A DNA stretch of 64,000 nt from Blastocatellia bacterium (GCA_021463145.1 JAJTWZ010000013.1:5864-69863), one strand, 5' to 3'. Shown: positions 18,277-27,792, counted from the first letter of the stretch. The notes: generated by a model from the letters alone, not told the origin. Program-made: numbers and translations.

Positions 18277-19689
18277 CTATTTTCGGCTCTTCTTTTTCTT
18301 CTTCACGTTCCGTTTCGGCTTCATCGAGCCGAGCGCGCCGGCCATCCGGCCACCCATCATCCCTCCGAGCGCGCCGAAGCCGCCCGACGTCACCATACGC
18401 ATCATGCGGCGCATGTCCTCGTATTCGCGAAGCATTTCGTTGACCTCCTGAACGGAAGTCCCGCTGCCGCGCGCGATCCGCTTGCGGCGGCTACCATCGA
18501 GCACCTTGTGGTTCCGGCGCTCGAGCGGCGTCATCGAGCCGATGATCGCTTCGGTTTTCTTGAACTTGCGCTCCATTTCGCCCGTGATCTCGGGCGTCAT
18601 TCGCATCCCGCCGAACAGGCCAGTGGGGAGCATTCCCAGGATGCTATCGAGCGAGCCAATCTTCTTCACCTGTTTGAGCTGGTCGCGGAAGTCCTCGAGC
18701 GTGAACTTGTCCTCGGTCAGCTTCTTCTGCAGCCGAAGCGCTTCCTTCTCGTCGACCTCGGACTGCACCTTCTCGACGAGCGAGAGCACGTCGCCCATTC
18801 CGAGAATGCGTTGCGCGATGCGGTCCGGATAAAACGGCTCGAGCGCGTCGTACTTCTCGCCCACGCCAATGAACTTGATCGGCTGGCCGGTGACTTCCTT
18901 GATCGAGAGCGCCGCGCCGCCGCGGGCATCGCCGTCCATCTTGGTGAGGATGACGCCCGTGACGCCAATCCGCTCGTGGAACTGCTTCGCGCTGTTGACC
19001 GCATCCTGGCCGGTCATCGCGTCGGCGACGAATAGCACTTCGACAGGATTCGTCGCAGCCTTGATCTGCTCGAGCTCGACCATGAGCGACTCGTCGATGT
19101 GGAGCCGCCCGGCCGTATCGATCATCAGCGTGTCGAACCCCGTAAGCTCGGCTTCCCTTACGGCGAGGGCGACGATCTGTTGCGGGTCGTCGACGCCTTC
19201 CGGGTGGAAAACCCGGCGGCCGATGGCCTGTCCGATCACTTTCAGCTGGTCGCGCGCTGCGGGGCGGTAGACGTCGACGGAGACGAGTAGAGGGTTACGG
19301 CGTTCGTTCGCCGCGAGCCACTTCGAGAGCTTACCGGTCGAGGTCGTCTTGCCCGAGCCCTGGAGGCCGACCATCATGATGACGTTCGGCCCTTTCTTGT
19401 TAGGGAAGAGAATCTTCGACGAGGTGCCTCCGAGCATCTCGGTCATCTCGTCGTAGACGACCTTGTAAAGGACTTGCTCGGGCTTGAGCGATCCGACGAC
19501 CTCCGTCCCGAGCGCCTTCTCTCGCGTCCGATCGATGAACTGCTTTACGACCTGGTAGTTGACGTCCGCCTCGAGCAACGCGATGCGCACGCTCCGCAGG
19601 GCGGCGTCAATGTTCTCCTCCGTCAGGCGGCTCTCGCCCCTGAGTCCCTTGAGAACGTCACGCAGTTTGTCGGAAAGCGATTCGAACAT
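18277..19689 (-). CDS. ffh: Signal recognition particle protein
   Basis: NG domain (GLQGSGKTTSTGKL, DTAGRL, TKMDGDARGGAALS) and a Met-rich M domain with a basic tail. Confidence 0.95.
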   Translation of the reverse strand: MFESLSDKLRDVLKGLRGESRLTEENIDAALRSVRIALLEADVNYQVVKQFIDRTREKALGTEVVGSLKPEQVLYKVVYDEMTEMLGGTSSKILFPNKKGPNVIMMVGLQGSGKTTSTGKLSKWLAANERRNPLLVSVDVYRPAARDQLKVIGQAIGRRVFHPEGVDDPQQIVALAVREAELTGFDTLMIDTAGRLHIDESLMVELEQIKAATNPVEVLFVADAMTGQDAVNSAKQFHERIGVTGVILTKMDGDARGGAALSIKEVTGQPIKFIGVGEKYDALEPFYPDRIAQRILGMGDVLSLVEKVQSEVDEKEALRLQKKLTEDKFTLEDFRDQLKQVKKIGSLDSILGMLPTGLFGGMRMTPEITGEMERKFKKTEAIIGSMTPLERRNHKVLDGSRRKRIARGSGTSVQEVNEMLREYEDMRRMMRMVTSGGFGALGGMMGGRMAGALGSMKPKRNVKKKKKSRK

Positions 19690-20162
19690 AGATCTACCGG
19701 CCGCCCGTCAGGCGGAAAATGCAAATGAGCACGATACAGATCGGCTTATGGGGTGTCAACGCATGCGCCGAGGCTCTGCTTTCGCGGAAGAGGACCGGTC
19801 CTCGATCGCTTCACGACCCATTCCCCGGATTTGAGCCAGTTGGGGATCGCCGCCGCAGGCGCTGGTTGTGAGGCGAAAGGTTGAGTGGTAGTGACCTCAG
19901 GTTTCCAATGAAGGAACCTCATTTGTCCACCGCGAAGCCTGGAAAGAACCGGCAAGTCGGCAGATTCGACATAGTCTCGGGCTAGGACGGCCCCCACGTG
20001 GGTTTCTCCGGGTCGAATGGCACGCCGGAGCTGGACCGGCACTGGGCAGCCAGGTCCCGGAACTCCCCGTGAACGCGAAAACAGGCGACGAGGAAGTGTC
20101 AGCGGGCTTGCGCGCCGCCGGCCAGGGTGGGGGGCAGTTGACAGGCAGGCGTTCAGCGGCAG

Positions 20163-20210
20163 CAAAAACGGACGCCAGCGAATACGATCGTCGATTGTAG
20201 TCGCTGGCGT
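20163..20210 (-). terminator. Intrinsic terminator after the 20229..21257 gene
   Basis: Perfect 10-bp inverted repeat ACGCCAGCGA/TCGCTGGCGT (20172-20181 and 20201-20210), followed on the minus strand by CCGTTTTTGC. Confidence 0.6.
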
Positions 20211-20228
20211 AACCTGATTCTGCCGCTT

Positions 20229-21257
20229 CTAGCCTACTGCCGCTTTGAGCTCGTTGATCTTGGAGCGAACACGAGCAGAAAAGCCGCTGACCTCGGACGG
20301 GCTCGCACCGGCTGCGCGGAACGCATCCTGGATCTGCTTATCGGTAAGCTGGCCAATGATTCCCGCGAACCATCGCGCGTGCTCCAGCGGGACCGACTTC
20401 AGGATGTTGCCGCCCTTGCCGGAGTATTCGAGGTTGAGCCGGCCACCCGACACGCCCTTCAGGAAAGACTGCTTCTGAAAGGCGTCCAGGTCCCACTTCG
20501 AATGCGAGAACACCCCGCCCATCTTTCCAAAGGTACCGCCCCAGTCGGCGACGATGTACCACTCGTCTACGCCCGACTTGTCGGCGTTCCACATCCCGAG
20601 AACGTTGTTGTTATCGACCTTGGCGTCCCAGTTGTTCATGAGAACGGCCAGGATTGCGAGTCCCGAAAGCTCCTGCTTCCCTACGAACGGGTTCTGATCC
20701 CAGGACCAGGGCGTCTTCCGGCGGGCAACGTCGTCAGGGCGACGCTCGAACATCGCTGCTGTGAAAGAGCCGTTCGGACCGATGAACTTCTTGGCACGGC
20801 CCAGACCGGTAACGCCGTTGACGGTGCCCGAAGCGACATAGTGACTTTCCTCCACCATGTAGCCACAGGCCCAGGCGAATCGGCTGCCGGCGATCTCGGC
20901 GTGGACCTCTTCATCGAACTTCATGTTCCAGGTAACGCCGTTGGCATCCTGAACTCTGATCTTCGGATTGGTCCCCGAAACGTCTTCCTTGACGAAAGTA
21001 AAAGGAGCTTTGGGCATGCTTTCCGGGCTGCCGATTCCGTGAATGAGGTCGAGCGACGCGATATCCCCTCGGTCGGCCCACATTATCGGCGTTCCAGTCG
21101 TCGTAGGCGCGTTCGACGGGCCCGAGCCCTTCTTCGATTTCTTGTCCTTCGACTTCTGCGCCGCAACCGCGGACGGCGCCGGGACGGCGACGACGCACGC
21201 GAGAATGAGCGCTATGAAGGCGGTCCAACGACCCGCCTTTGGTGCAAGAGCTGACAT
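20229..21257 (-). CDS. Exported hypothetical protein with kinase-like motifs
   Basis: Signal peptide (WTAFIALILACVVAVPAPSAVAA), Lys-rich linker, then a globular domain containing LMNNWDAKVDNNN and IVADWGGTFG. Confidence 0.6.
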   Translation of the reverse strand: MSALAPKAGRWTAFIALILACVVAVPAPSAVAAQKSKDKKSKKGSGPSNAPTTTGTPIMWADRGDIASLDLIHGIGSPESMPKAPFTFVKEDVSGTNPKIRVQDANGVTWNMKFDEEVHAEIAGSRFAWACGYMVEESHYVASGTVNGVTGLGRAKKFIGPNGSFTAAMFERRPDDVARRKTPWSWDQNPFVGKQELSGLAILAVLMNNWDAKVDNNNVLGMWNADKSGVDEWYIVADWGGTFGKMGGVFSHSKWDLDAFQKQSFLKGVSGGRLNLEYSGKGGNILKSVPLEHARWFAGIIGQLTDKQIQDAFRAAGASPSEVSGFSARVRSKINELKAAVG

Positions 21258-21618
21258 ATTGACCTGTCTCCTTTGTGGAACGCGAACCGGATCGGTTCGC
21301 CGTCGAGGTGGCCGGAACGAGTCAGTCTCATCCCGACACGTGAAACTTCAGGGAGTCTGCGCTCCGGAATGCCGAAATGCAACTGCCATGTACGGGCCGT
21401 GAATCCGACGCCGCCCGCGGGAGTGGAGTTGCCACCGGGACTCGAACAGCGGAGACAGCGACGACACGTCGGGCCGAGCGCGCCCTGTCATACCGGCCGC
21501 AAGCGCAGCTAACACGACTATCGAGTAGCCAGCGGGTGCCTCTCCTTTCATCGCAGGTTAGAATGATCGGACACTCAGCGGGAACCCTTCCGCGAACATT
21601 CCAGGGGACCGATATCCA

Positions 21619-22536
21619 ATGCATCGAATTCTTCGCCTTGCTGCCCTCTTCATCGCCACTTCACTGCTCGCGACCATCGGGCTCGCTCAGCAACCGGCAT
21701 CCGAACACAATCCCGCTAACTCCGCGCCCGAGGTCAGATTCGCCGTCATCGGAGACCAGGGTACCGGACTGGACCCTCAACTCGAGGTTGCCCGGCAGAT
21801 GGTCGCCGAACACGATCGCTCGCCTTTTTCGTTCGTGCTCACGCTTGGCGACAACCTTTACGGAGGTAACTGGGAGAAGCGTCACAAACTCGTCTTCGAA
21901 GCGCCCTACAAGCCGCTTCTCGACCGTGGCGTCGTCTTCTATGCGACTCTCGGGAATCACGACGTGAAGAGCACCGCGGAACAGATGAGGTATCCGCTTT
22001 TCAACATGAACGGAGACTCGAAGTACTCGGTCAAACCGGCTGGCGAACTCGTCGAGTTTTTCACGTTCGACTCGACGCCGCTCTCCGAGCGCAAGGACGC
22101 GTCACAACTCCAGTGGCTGGACGAGAAGCTTTCGCAGTCAAAGGCCGACTGGAAGATCCTCTTCTGTCATCATCCGCCGTACTCGCCCGGAAAGCGGCAC
22201 GGAGACGACAAGATTCTCGTCGACAAACTCGTGCCCATTCTCAGGAAGAACGGCGTTCGTATCGTCATGACGGGTCACGAGCACTTCTTCGCCGCCCTGA
22301 AGCCGATCGACGGCATCAACTACATCATCTCCGGATCCGCCGGGAAGATTCACAAGGGCGGACTGAACCCGAAAGACGCCAGACTCGAGTTCGGGGACGA
22401 TACGAACCATCACTTCCTTTCGGTGAAATTGACTGCGGAGACATTCGAATACTCAGCAATCGCTGGCTCCGGGGCCGTGATTTTCCGGGGCACCATTCCG
22501 CGAACTCAATCGGCGGCCGCGGGCGGAACACGCTGA
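21619..22536 (+). CDS. Exported calcineurin-like metallophosphoesterase
   Basis: Signal peptide plus the metallophosphoesterase motifs AVIGDQG, LGDNLY, GNHD, CHHPPYS and GHEHFF. Confidence 0.8.
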   Translation: MHRILRLAALFIATSLLATIGLAQQPASEHNPANSAPEVRFAVIGDQGTGLDPQLEVARQMVAEHDRSPFSFVLTLGDNLYGGNWEKRHKLVFEAPYKPLLDRGVVFYATLGNHDVKSTAEQMRYPLFNMNGDSKYSVKPAGELVEFFTFDSTPLSERKDASQLQWLDEKLSQSKADWKILFCHHPPYSPGKRHGDDKILVDKLVPILRKNGVRIVMTGHEHFFAALKPIDGINYIISGSAGKIHKGGLNPKDARLEFGDDTNHHFLSVKLTAETFEYSAIAGSGAVIFRGTIPRTQSAAAGGTR

Positions 22537-25328
22537 TAGGCAGCATCTGCAGGCCGGTACGAGCGATGGAGCCATAGAGGCCGGCGCAGTTCGCCCTGCG
22601 CCGGTACCGCTTTCGCCATCCATTCGCGGTAGACGGCCTCGGAGAGCCTGAGATCGACGTAGATCTCTCCTTCAAGCACTCCCGGGGCCGGCTCGATGCG
22701 CACCCGCTGATGCCAACAGTGCTGACCGCTGACTGGATCGGGATGAACCGGGAACGTCAGATTCTGATGAACGCCCGTATCGCCCCACCAGATGCGCTTC
22801 GAATCCGCATCGTGACTGTCGAAAGCATCTGCGCCGCCGAGTTTCGTCACCTTGCGCGTGCCGCCGGGCCCTTCATCGATCCGGACGAGCGATGCCCCCC
22901 ACTTGTCGTTGCCCGGAGCGTCCGGACTCGCGTTGTCGCGCCGCCATCGACCCATGTGGTGCGAGCACGCCACAATTCCCGGCCGGATTCCCTCGGTCAC
23001 CCACGCCTTCAGCACGAAATATCCGATGTCGGTCGAGACCTTCACCAGGTCGCCCGTTTTCAGGCCGAAGCGTTTAGCGTCGAGCGGGTTCAACCAGAGC
23101 GGATTCGTATGCGCGATCTCGACGAGCCATTTTGCGTTGTTCGACCGCGTGTGGATCATCACGGGAAGCCGGAACGTCGGAATCAGCACGAACTCGTTCC
23201 GGCCCGGTTGAATTACCGAGTGGTGCACGTGGCTGCGAATGTAGGTCGGCGCTGCGAACTGCGGCCAGCCCCATTCGGCAAGCGTCGCCGAATAGATTTC
23301 GAGCCTGCGTGAAGGTGTTGGGAAGCCGACGACGGCTTCTCCGTCCACCTCGAGCCCGATCGCCCGGCCTGATGCGCTCCGGACGATGGAGGTCTGAGGA
23401 TCGATGGTCGAACCCGCCAGATCGGTCGCGGACACAGGGCGGCCGTGCTGCTGCGCCTGGTAGACGTCGCGCGTGACCTCGAAAACTCCATACCGCCGCA
23501 TGTAACCGAGTGGATCGAGACCTTCCTCGGCGGCCTTTTCAGGCAATCCCGGCACGGAATTCTCGAACATCCACCGGTAGTACTCGTCGATGTCGATCCG
23601 TTCGCCTTCGCGATACGGCGATTCGAAGTACTTGCGGATTCCCAGCGACCCGTCGGGATCGATTCTCCACGACAGTTCGTTCCAGAACTCGCCGTCGTCC
23701 CAGACCTCGCCCGGGTTGGCGTCCCGCGAATCGGTGGACGGAAGGCCGAGGCGCTCGCGCGCGACGCGAAGGACCGGCTGGCGCAGTCCAACCCACGTGC
23801 CAGCGTGCGTCTCCTGGCTCTGGTTGTCGTGCCGTTCGGGACCGTGTCCGAGCGGCAGCACGTAGTCCGCCCACCAGGCCGTTTCGCTCCAGGTAGGAGT
23901 AAGCGCGACATGACAACCGACTTTCGACTCGTCGCGAAGCACCTCGATCCATGTGAAGCCGTCCGGGTTCGTCCAGACCGGGTTGTAGACCCGCGTGAAG
24001 TACACGTCGAGTTTGTGCCCGCGTTCGCGCATGAGATGCGGCGTCAGAAAGCTCATCTCGTGGTGCGCGAGAGGAAAGTCTTCCGGCCAGGTGAGCGTGT
24101 TCCAGACGTTCTGGGGCGGCGGCTTCTTGAACGGCTCCGGCGTGAACTTGTGGAAGACGTTCGGCGATACCCCGCCGACGCTTCCGACGCTTCCCGTAAG
24201 GACGTTGAGAAAGAAAAGCGCCCTGGCAACCATCCACCCGCCTTCGTTACCGGCCGCGGCGGATCTCCAGACGTGCGTCGACAATGCCGTGCCGGCATTG
24301 GCAACGTGTTCGGCGACGGTGCGAATCGTCTCGGCGTCGACACGACTTTCGGCTTCGGCGAACTCGGGCGTGTACTCCGCGTATGCCTCGCGCAGCGCCT
24401 CGAGGAACGAGTCGAAGGTTACTGGCAGATCAGGGCGAACCGCAGCCAGGTATTCCTTCCAATTCACCCACTGCCGGAGGAACTCACGGTCGATCCGGCC
24501 GGTGTCGAGAAGGATTTTCGCTATCGCCAGTAGTATTGCCGCTTCCGAGCCGGGCCAGGGCGACAACCAATGATCCGCCGATGACGCGGTGTTCGAGAGT
24601 CGCACGTCAAGTACGACGAGCTTGGCTCCTTTCTGCTTGCCCTCGACGATCCGCTGGGCGTGCGGATTGAAGTAGTGGCCCGTTTCGAGATGCGACGAGA
24701 TCAGCAGGATGCAGCGCGCGTTCGCGAAGTCGGCCGATGGCCGATCGTCGCCCATCCAGAATGCATACCCCGTTCGCGCAGCCGACGAGCAGACGTTCGT
24801 GTGACTGTTGTGGCCATCGATTCCCCAGGACTGGATGACGCGCGGCATGTACCCGTCCTCGCCGGGCCGGCCGACGTGATACATCACTTCGTTGTGGCGG
24901 TTTTCCTGTATCGCCCTCCGAATACGGCCGGCAATGTCGTCGAGTGCTTCGTCCCACGAGACCTGAGTCCATCTTCCTTCACCTCTGGCACCCGCGCGCT
25001 TCAGGGGATGGTAGATGCGATCCGGGGACTTCAGCTGGTTGATGGTCGCGGGTCCCTTGGCGCAATTGCGTCCGCGGCTGCCCGGGTGAACCGGATTCCC
25101 CTCGAACTTCCGGATCTCGAGAGTGTCCTTGTCCACGTAGGCCAGAAGGCCGCACGCCGCTTCGCAGTTGAAGCAGAGCGTGGGCACGAGCATGTAGCGC
25201 TTTTCGATGCGGCGCGGCCACGACTTCGAGTCGTATTCCACCCAGTCGTCCCACCTGTCGGGAGTGGGGTATGTCGCGTTCGGCCCCGTCGCGGCCCTAA
25301 CGAATGGTTTCGAGCTTTCTGAGCTCAT
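22506..25328 (-). CDS. Molybdopterin (bis-MGD) oxidoreductase catalytic subunit, no Tat signal
   Basis: FS0 cluster motif CFNCEAACG...(29)...C (Cys52/55/59/89) and the candidate Mo-ligand region HTNVCSSAART. 940 aa. The N-terminus lacks a twin-arginine signal with a hydrophobic core. Confidence 0.85.
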   Translation of the reverse strand: MSSESSKPFVRAATGPNATYPTPDRWDDWVEYDSKSWPRRIEKRYMLVPTLCFNCEAACGLLAYVDKDTLEIRKFEGNPVHPGSRGRNCAKGPATINQLKSPDRIYHPLKRAGARGEGRWTQVSWDEALDDIAGRIRRAIQENRHNEVMYHVGRPGEDGYMPRVIQSWGIDGHNSHTNVCSSAARTGYAFWMGDDRPSADFANARCILLISSHLETGHYFNPHAQRIVEGKQKGAKLVVLDVRLSNTASSADHWLSPWPGSEAAILLAIAKILLDTGRIDREFLRQWVNWKEYLAAVRPDLPVTFDSFLEALREAYAEYTPEFAEAESRVDAETIRTVAEHVANAGTALSTHVWRSAAAGNEGGWMVARALFFLNVLTGSVGSVGGVSPNVFHKFTPEPFKKPPPQNVWNTLTWPEDFPLAHHEMSFLTPHLMRERGHKLDVYFTRVYNPVWTNPDGFTWIEVLRDESKVGCHVALTPTWSETAWWADYVLPLGHGPERHDNQSQETHAGTWVGLRQPVLRVARERLGLPSTDSRDANPGEVWDDGEFWNELSWRIDPDGSLGIRKYFESPYREGERIDIDEYYRWMFENSVPGLPEKAAEEGLDPLGYMRRYGVFEVTRDVYQAQQHGRPVSATDLAGSTIDPQTSIVRSASGRAIGLEVDGEAVVGFPTPSRRLEIYSATLAEWGWPQFAAPTYIRSHVHHSVIQPGRNEFVLIPTFRLPVMIHTRSNNAKWLVEIAHTNPLWLNPLDAKRFGLKTGDLVKVSTDIGYFVLKAWVTEGIRPGIVACSHHMGRWRRDNASPDAPGNDKWGASLVRIDEGPGGTRKVTKLGGADAFDSHDADSKRIWWGDTGVHQNLTFPVHPDPVSGQHCWHQRVRIEPAPGVLEGEIYVDLRLSEAVYREWMAKAVPAQGELRRPLWLHRSYRPADAAYQRVPPAAAD

Positions 25329-25385
25329 CTGACTCCTATGATTCGGGAAACTGAACGCCAGGTATCTATAACAAATGCCGATGCT

Positions 25386-26924
25386 TCAGCTGAGCGGCAC
25401 CGACTGTCCGGCAAACACCCACAAGTACTCCCATACGTAAAGACCCACGAGCGCAATCGCCGCCGCAAGGGCCCACGCGATACCCGACGATCCAACAAGC
25501 AGGAGCGCCAGGGGCACGATCACTCCGGCGACGACGACACCCACCCAGAACTCGGACGCATACTTTCCACGCAGGACGGTCTGGGTCGCGCGCGCGACGT
25601 GTGACGACCGGTGGGGCATGAAAAGCTCGGCGGCGATAAAGACAGCGTGAACCAGCAGGGAAAGGAAGAAGGTATTCCCAAGCCAGCCGATGTCTCCGGC
25701 CGATGCCACGCCGGAACCCGAACCATCGAAGGCCGCGACGACCATTGCAAGCGCCGCACTGCCTGCAAGCACCGCCTGCACGATCAGATGAGGCGCTGCC
25801 AGCGGCGTCGACCAGAGCTCGCGCCCGGTTGCCTGCGCGAGCAAGAAGGCGGTGTAGCAGGCCGCAAGCGAAGCCGCTACGATCATCGGCCAGCTCATCC
25901 ACCAGAGCACCGAATCGGGAAGCCACGGCGCGGCAACTCCCGCGACGCCCCAGATCGCCGCGAGCACCCCGAATGCCGTGAGAATCACGGCGCCGCGCAC
26001 GAGCCACGACCTCCACTGAGGGCGGGTGAGAATCGTGTAGAACTTCTTCGGATGCTCGAGGTCTATGACGAGCAGAATCAGCGTCACGATCAGAAATAGA
26101 ATCGCCAGGATCGGCGCCGCGAGCCGAACGATTGTCGAGCCAGTAAACTGTCCGGCAAGAAGCGCGAGGGCCGCCACGAGCAACGCTCCGGCCGAAAGCG
26201 ACTTCGTCCACATGTACAGCGCTACGTCGACGCCCCACGGGATCACTCGGGCAGTGTCGTACGCGAGAAGGGTCGACGCGATGTTGCCGGCGCCCCGGCC
26301 GACCGTCTCGTCGTCTCGCTGCGAAGCCCACATGAATATCCCGCCGTCGGGTCTCTCGGCCGCTTCCGGACGGAGGGTCACGTGACTTCCGCCGATGTAA
26401 AAGAGTTTCGGATTCGTGCCGAGTTCCGGCTTTCGAACTTGCGCTCCCTCTCGTGCGATTCGTCGAGAGACGACGCTCTCCGGATCGTCGAGGTCGCCGA
26501 TGATGATGGCTTCCTCGGGGCAAACCACTACGCAGGCCGGCTGAAGGTCGAGTTCGAGCCGGTGAGCGCAGAAATGACACTTCGCAGCCGAATGCGTCTC
26601 CGGATCGATATAGATTGCGTCGTAGGGACAGGCCGCCATGCACGCACGGCAGCCGATACACGCTTCCTGGTCGAACTCCACGAGAAGGTCCGGGCGCTGG
26701 TACATCGCAGCCGTCGGACAGATGTAGACGCACGGAGGGAACTCGCACTGATTGCAGCGAGTCACCTGGAAGTGCCGGCGCACGTTCGGAAAGACGCCGG
26801 TCTCGACGTACTTGACGCGTGTACGATCGACGCCTATCGGCACTTCGTTCTCGGACTTGCACGCGGTGGAGCAGGCGTGGCAGCCGATGCATCGAGTGTT
26901 GTCGATGATCTTCGCGAGTTTCAT
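25386..26924 (-). CDS. Fusion of a four-cluster 4Fe-4S ferredoxin (PsrB/DmsB-like) and an NrfD/PsrC-like membrane subunit
   Basis: The N-terminal ~190 aa carry CIGCHACSTAC, CNQCEFPPC, CIGCRACMAACP and CHFC...C..VCP. The remainder is polytopic, with repeated hydrophobic helices up to the C-terminus. Confidence 0.8.
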   Translation of the reverse strand: MKLAKIIDNTRCIGCHACSTACKSENEVPIGVDRTRVKYVETGVFPNVRRHFQVTRCNQCEFPPCVYICPTAAMYQRPDLLVEFDQEACIGCRACMAACPYDAIYIDPETHSAAKCHFCAHRLELDLQPACVVVCPEEAIIIGDLDDPESVVSRRIAREGAQVRKPELGTNPKLFYIGGSHVTLRPEAAERPDGGIFMWASQRDDETVGRGAGNIASTLLAYDTARVIPWGVDVALYMWTKSLSAGALLVAALALLAGQFTGSTIVRLAAPILAILFLIVTLILLVIDLEHPKKFYTILTRPQWRSWLVRGAVILTAFGVLAAIWGVAGVAAPWLPDSVLWWMSWPMIVAASLAACYTAFLLAQATGRELWSTPLAAPHLIVQAVLAGSAALAMVVAAFDGSGSGVASAGDIGWLGNTFFLSLLVHAVFIAAELFMPHRSSHVARATQTVLRGKYASEFWVGVVVAGVIVPLALLLVGSSGIAWALAAAIALVGLYVWEYLWVFAGQSVPLS

Positions 26925-26988
26925 ATGGGGAGGACGGGGTCGCGACTGGCGCAGATAATCACATTCGTTCGGCTGTTGTCACCTGCGA

Positions 26989-27792
26989 TTACCGCGCGCG
27001 CTCCAACACCTTCGCTTCGTCCCAGAACGCGTCCATTTCGTCGAGTGAGGCATCCTTGGTAGTGCGGCCTGACTGCTCCAACCGAAGCTCGACGTGCGAG
27101 AACCTGCGGCGGAAGCTCCTGTTCGACCGCTTGAGCGCAGTCTCCGGATCCACGCCCAGCTTCCGGGCCACGTTCACGGCGGCAAACAGCACGTCGCCTA
27201 CTTCGGACTCGATGCGTTCACGGTCGCGCGGGTCGGAAACTGTCTCGGCGCGAAGCTCGCCGATCTCCTCGTCTAGCTTCGCGAAGACCGGCTCGACCGA
27301 CGGCCAGTCGAAGCCGACGCGCGACGCTCGATCCGTCAGGCTGAAGGCCTCGAGCAGCGCCGGCAGGTGTCCGCTGACGCCGTCGAGGAGCCCCTTGGGA
27401 GACTCCACGCCTGCCTCGGCCCTCTCCTTGCGTTTCAGGTCGTCCCAGTTCTTCAGGACTTCTTCTGCCGTTGCAATTTCGGCGTCGCCGAAGACGTGGG
27501 GGTGCCGCCGCACCATTTTCGTGTGAATGGCGGTGATCACATCTTCGATGTCGAAGTCACCTGTGTCCGCGGCAATCCTGGCAGCGAATACCACCTGGAA
27601 GAGCACGTCGCCGAGCTCGCAGGCAAGTTCGTGGGCCGTGCCTTCGTCGATTGCTTCCACGACCTCGTAGGCTTCCTCGACGATCATGGGACGCAGGGTC
27701 TCGAGTGACTGCTCACGATCCCACGGGCACCCGCCAGGCGCGCGTAGCCGCGCGACCAGGGAGACGAGATCTTCAAACCTCTTCTTGTCCAT
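26989..27792 (-). CDS. mazG: Nucleoside triphosphate pyrophosphohydrolase MazG (tandem MazG domains)
   Basis: MDKKRFEDLVSLVARLRAPGGCPWDREQSLETLRPMIVEEAYEVVEAI ... ELGDVLFQVVF ... second EIGELRAE ... EVGDVLFAAVN. The true ATG is the complement of 27790-27792. The listed 403-aa ORF has a spurious Arg-rich extension. Confidence 0.85.
   Translation of the reverse strand: MDKKRFEDLVSLVARLRAPGGCPWDREQSLETLRPMIVEEAYEVVEAIDEGTAHELACELGDVLFQVVFAARIAADTGDFDIEDVITAIHTKMVRRHPHVFGDAEIATAEEVLKNWDDLKRKERAEAGVESPKGLLDGVSGHLPALLEAFSLTDRASRVGFDWPSVEPVFAKLDEEIGELRAETVSDPRDRERIESEVGDVLFAAVNVARKLGVDPETALKRSNRSFRRRFSHVELRLEQSGRTTKDASLDEMDAFWDEAKVLERAR

Noticed and set aside
16751-19035. Two long plus-strand ORFs (16751..18010 and 17977..19035)
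   Set aside because: They are antisense to the unmistakable trmD, rimM, KH, rpsP and ffh genes. Their composition is dominated by Arg, His and Asp.
19736-19752. ACAGATCGGCTTATGG resembling the conserved 3' element of RNase P RNA
   Set aside because: The P4 partner sequence (GAGGAAAGTCCGGGC) is absent on both strands, and the upstream ~330 nt needed for an RNase P RNA would lie inside ffh.
20051-20062. CAGGTCCCGGAA resembling the SRP RNA domain IV motif
   Set aside because: The conserved GGAA tetraloop context and the AGCA/GGAAG symmetric loop partner are not present, so I cannot support an SRP RNA call.
19746-20165. 139-aa minus-strand ORF in the ffh upstream gap
   Set aside because: It is Arg/Pro-rich with no start context, and it runs into the terminator of the neighbouring gene. 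I treat the region as non-coding.
21424-21451. tRNA-like 3' fragment on the minus strand (TGG-A-GTTGCCA-CCGGG-ACTCGAA read on the plus strand), which could be a tRNA gene or an integration-site remnant
   Set aside because: The sequence where the 5' half of the T-stem should be (CGCTG) cannot pair with CCCGG. I found no matching 5' acceptor strand, D-arm or anticodon arm within tRNA distance, and no integrase or repeat partner is nearby. It is most likely coincidental. A tRNAscan-SE or ARAGORN run would settle it.
25366-26892. 508-aa minus-strand ORF in an alternate frame of the ferredoxin-NrfD gene
   Set aside because: It overlaps 25386..26924 on the same strand. It is Arg/Ser/Gly-rich and lacks the Cys-cluster and TM periodicity seen in the other frame.
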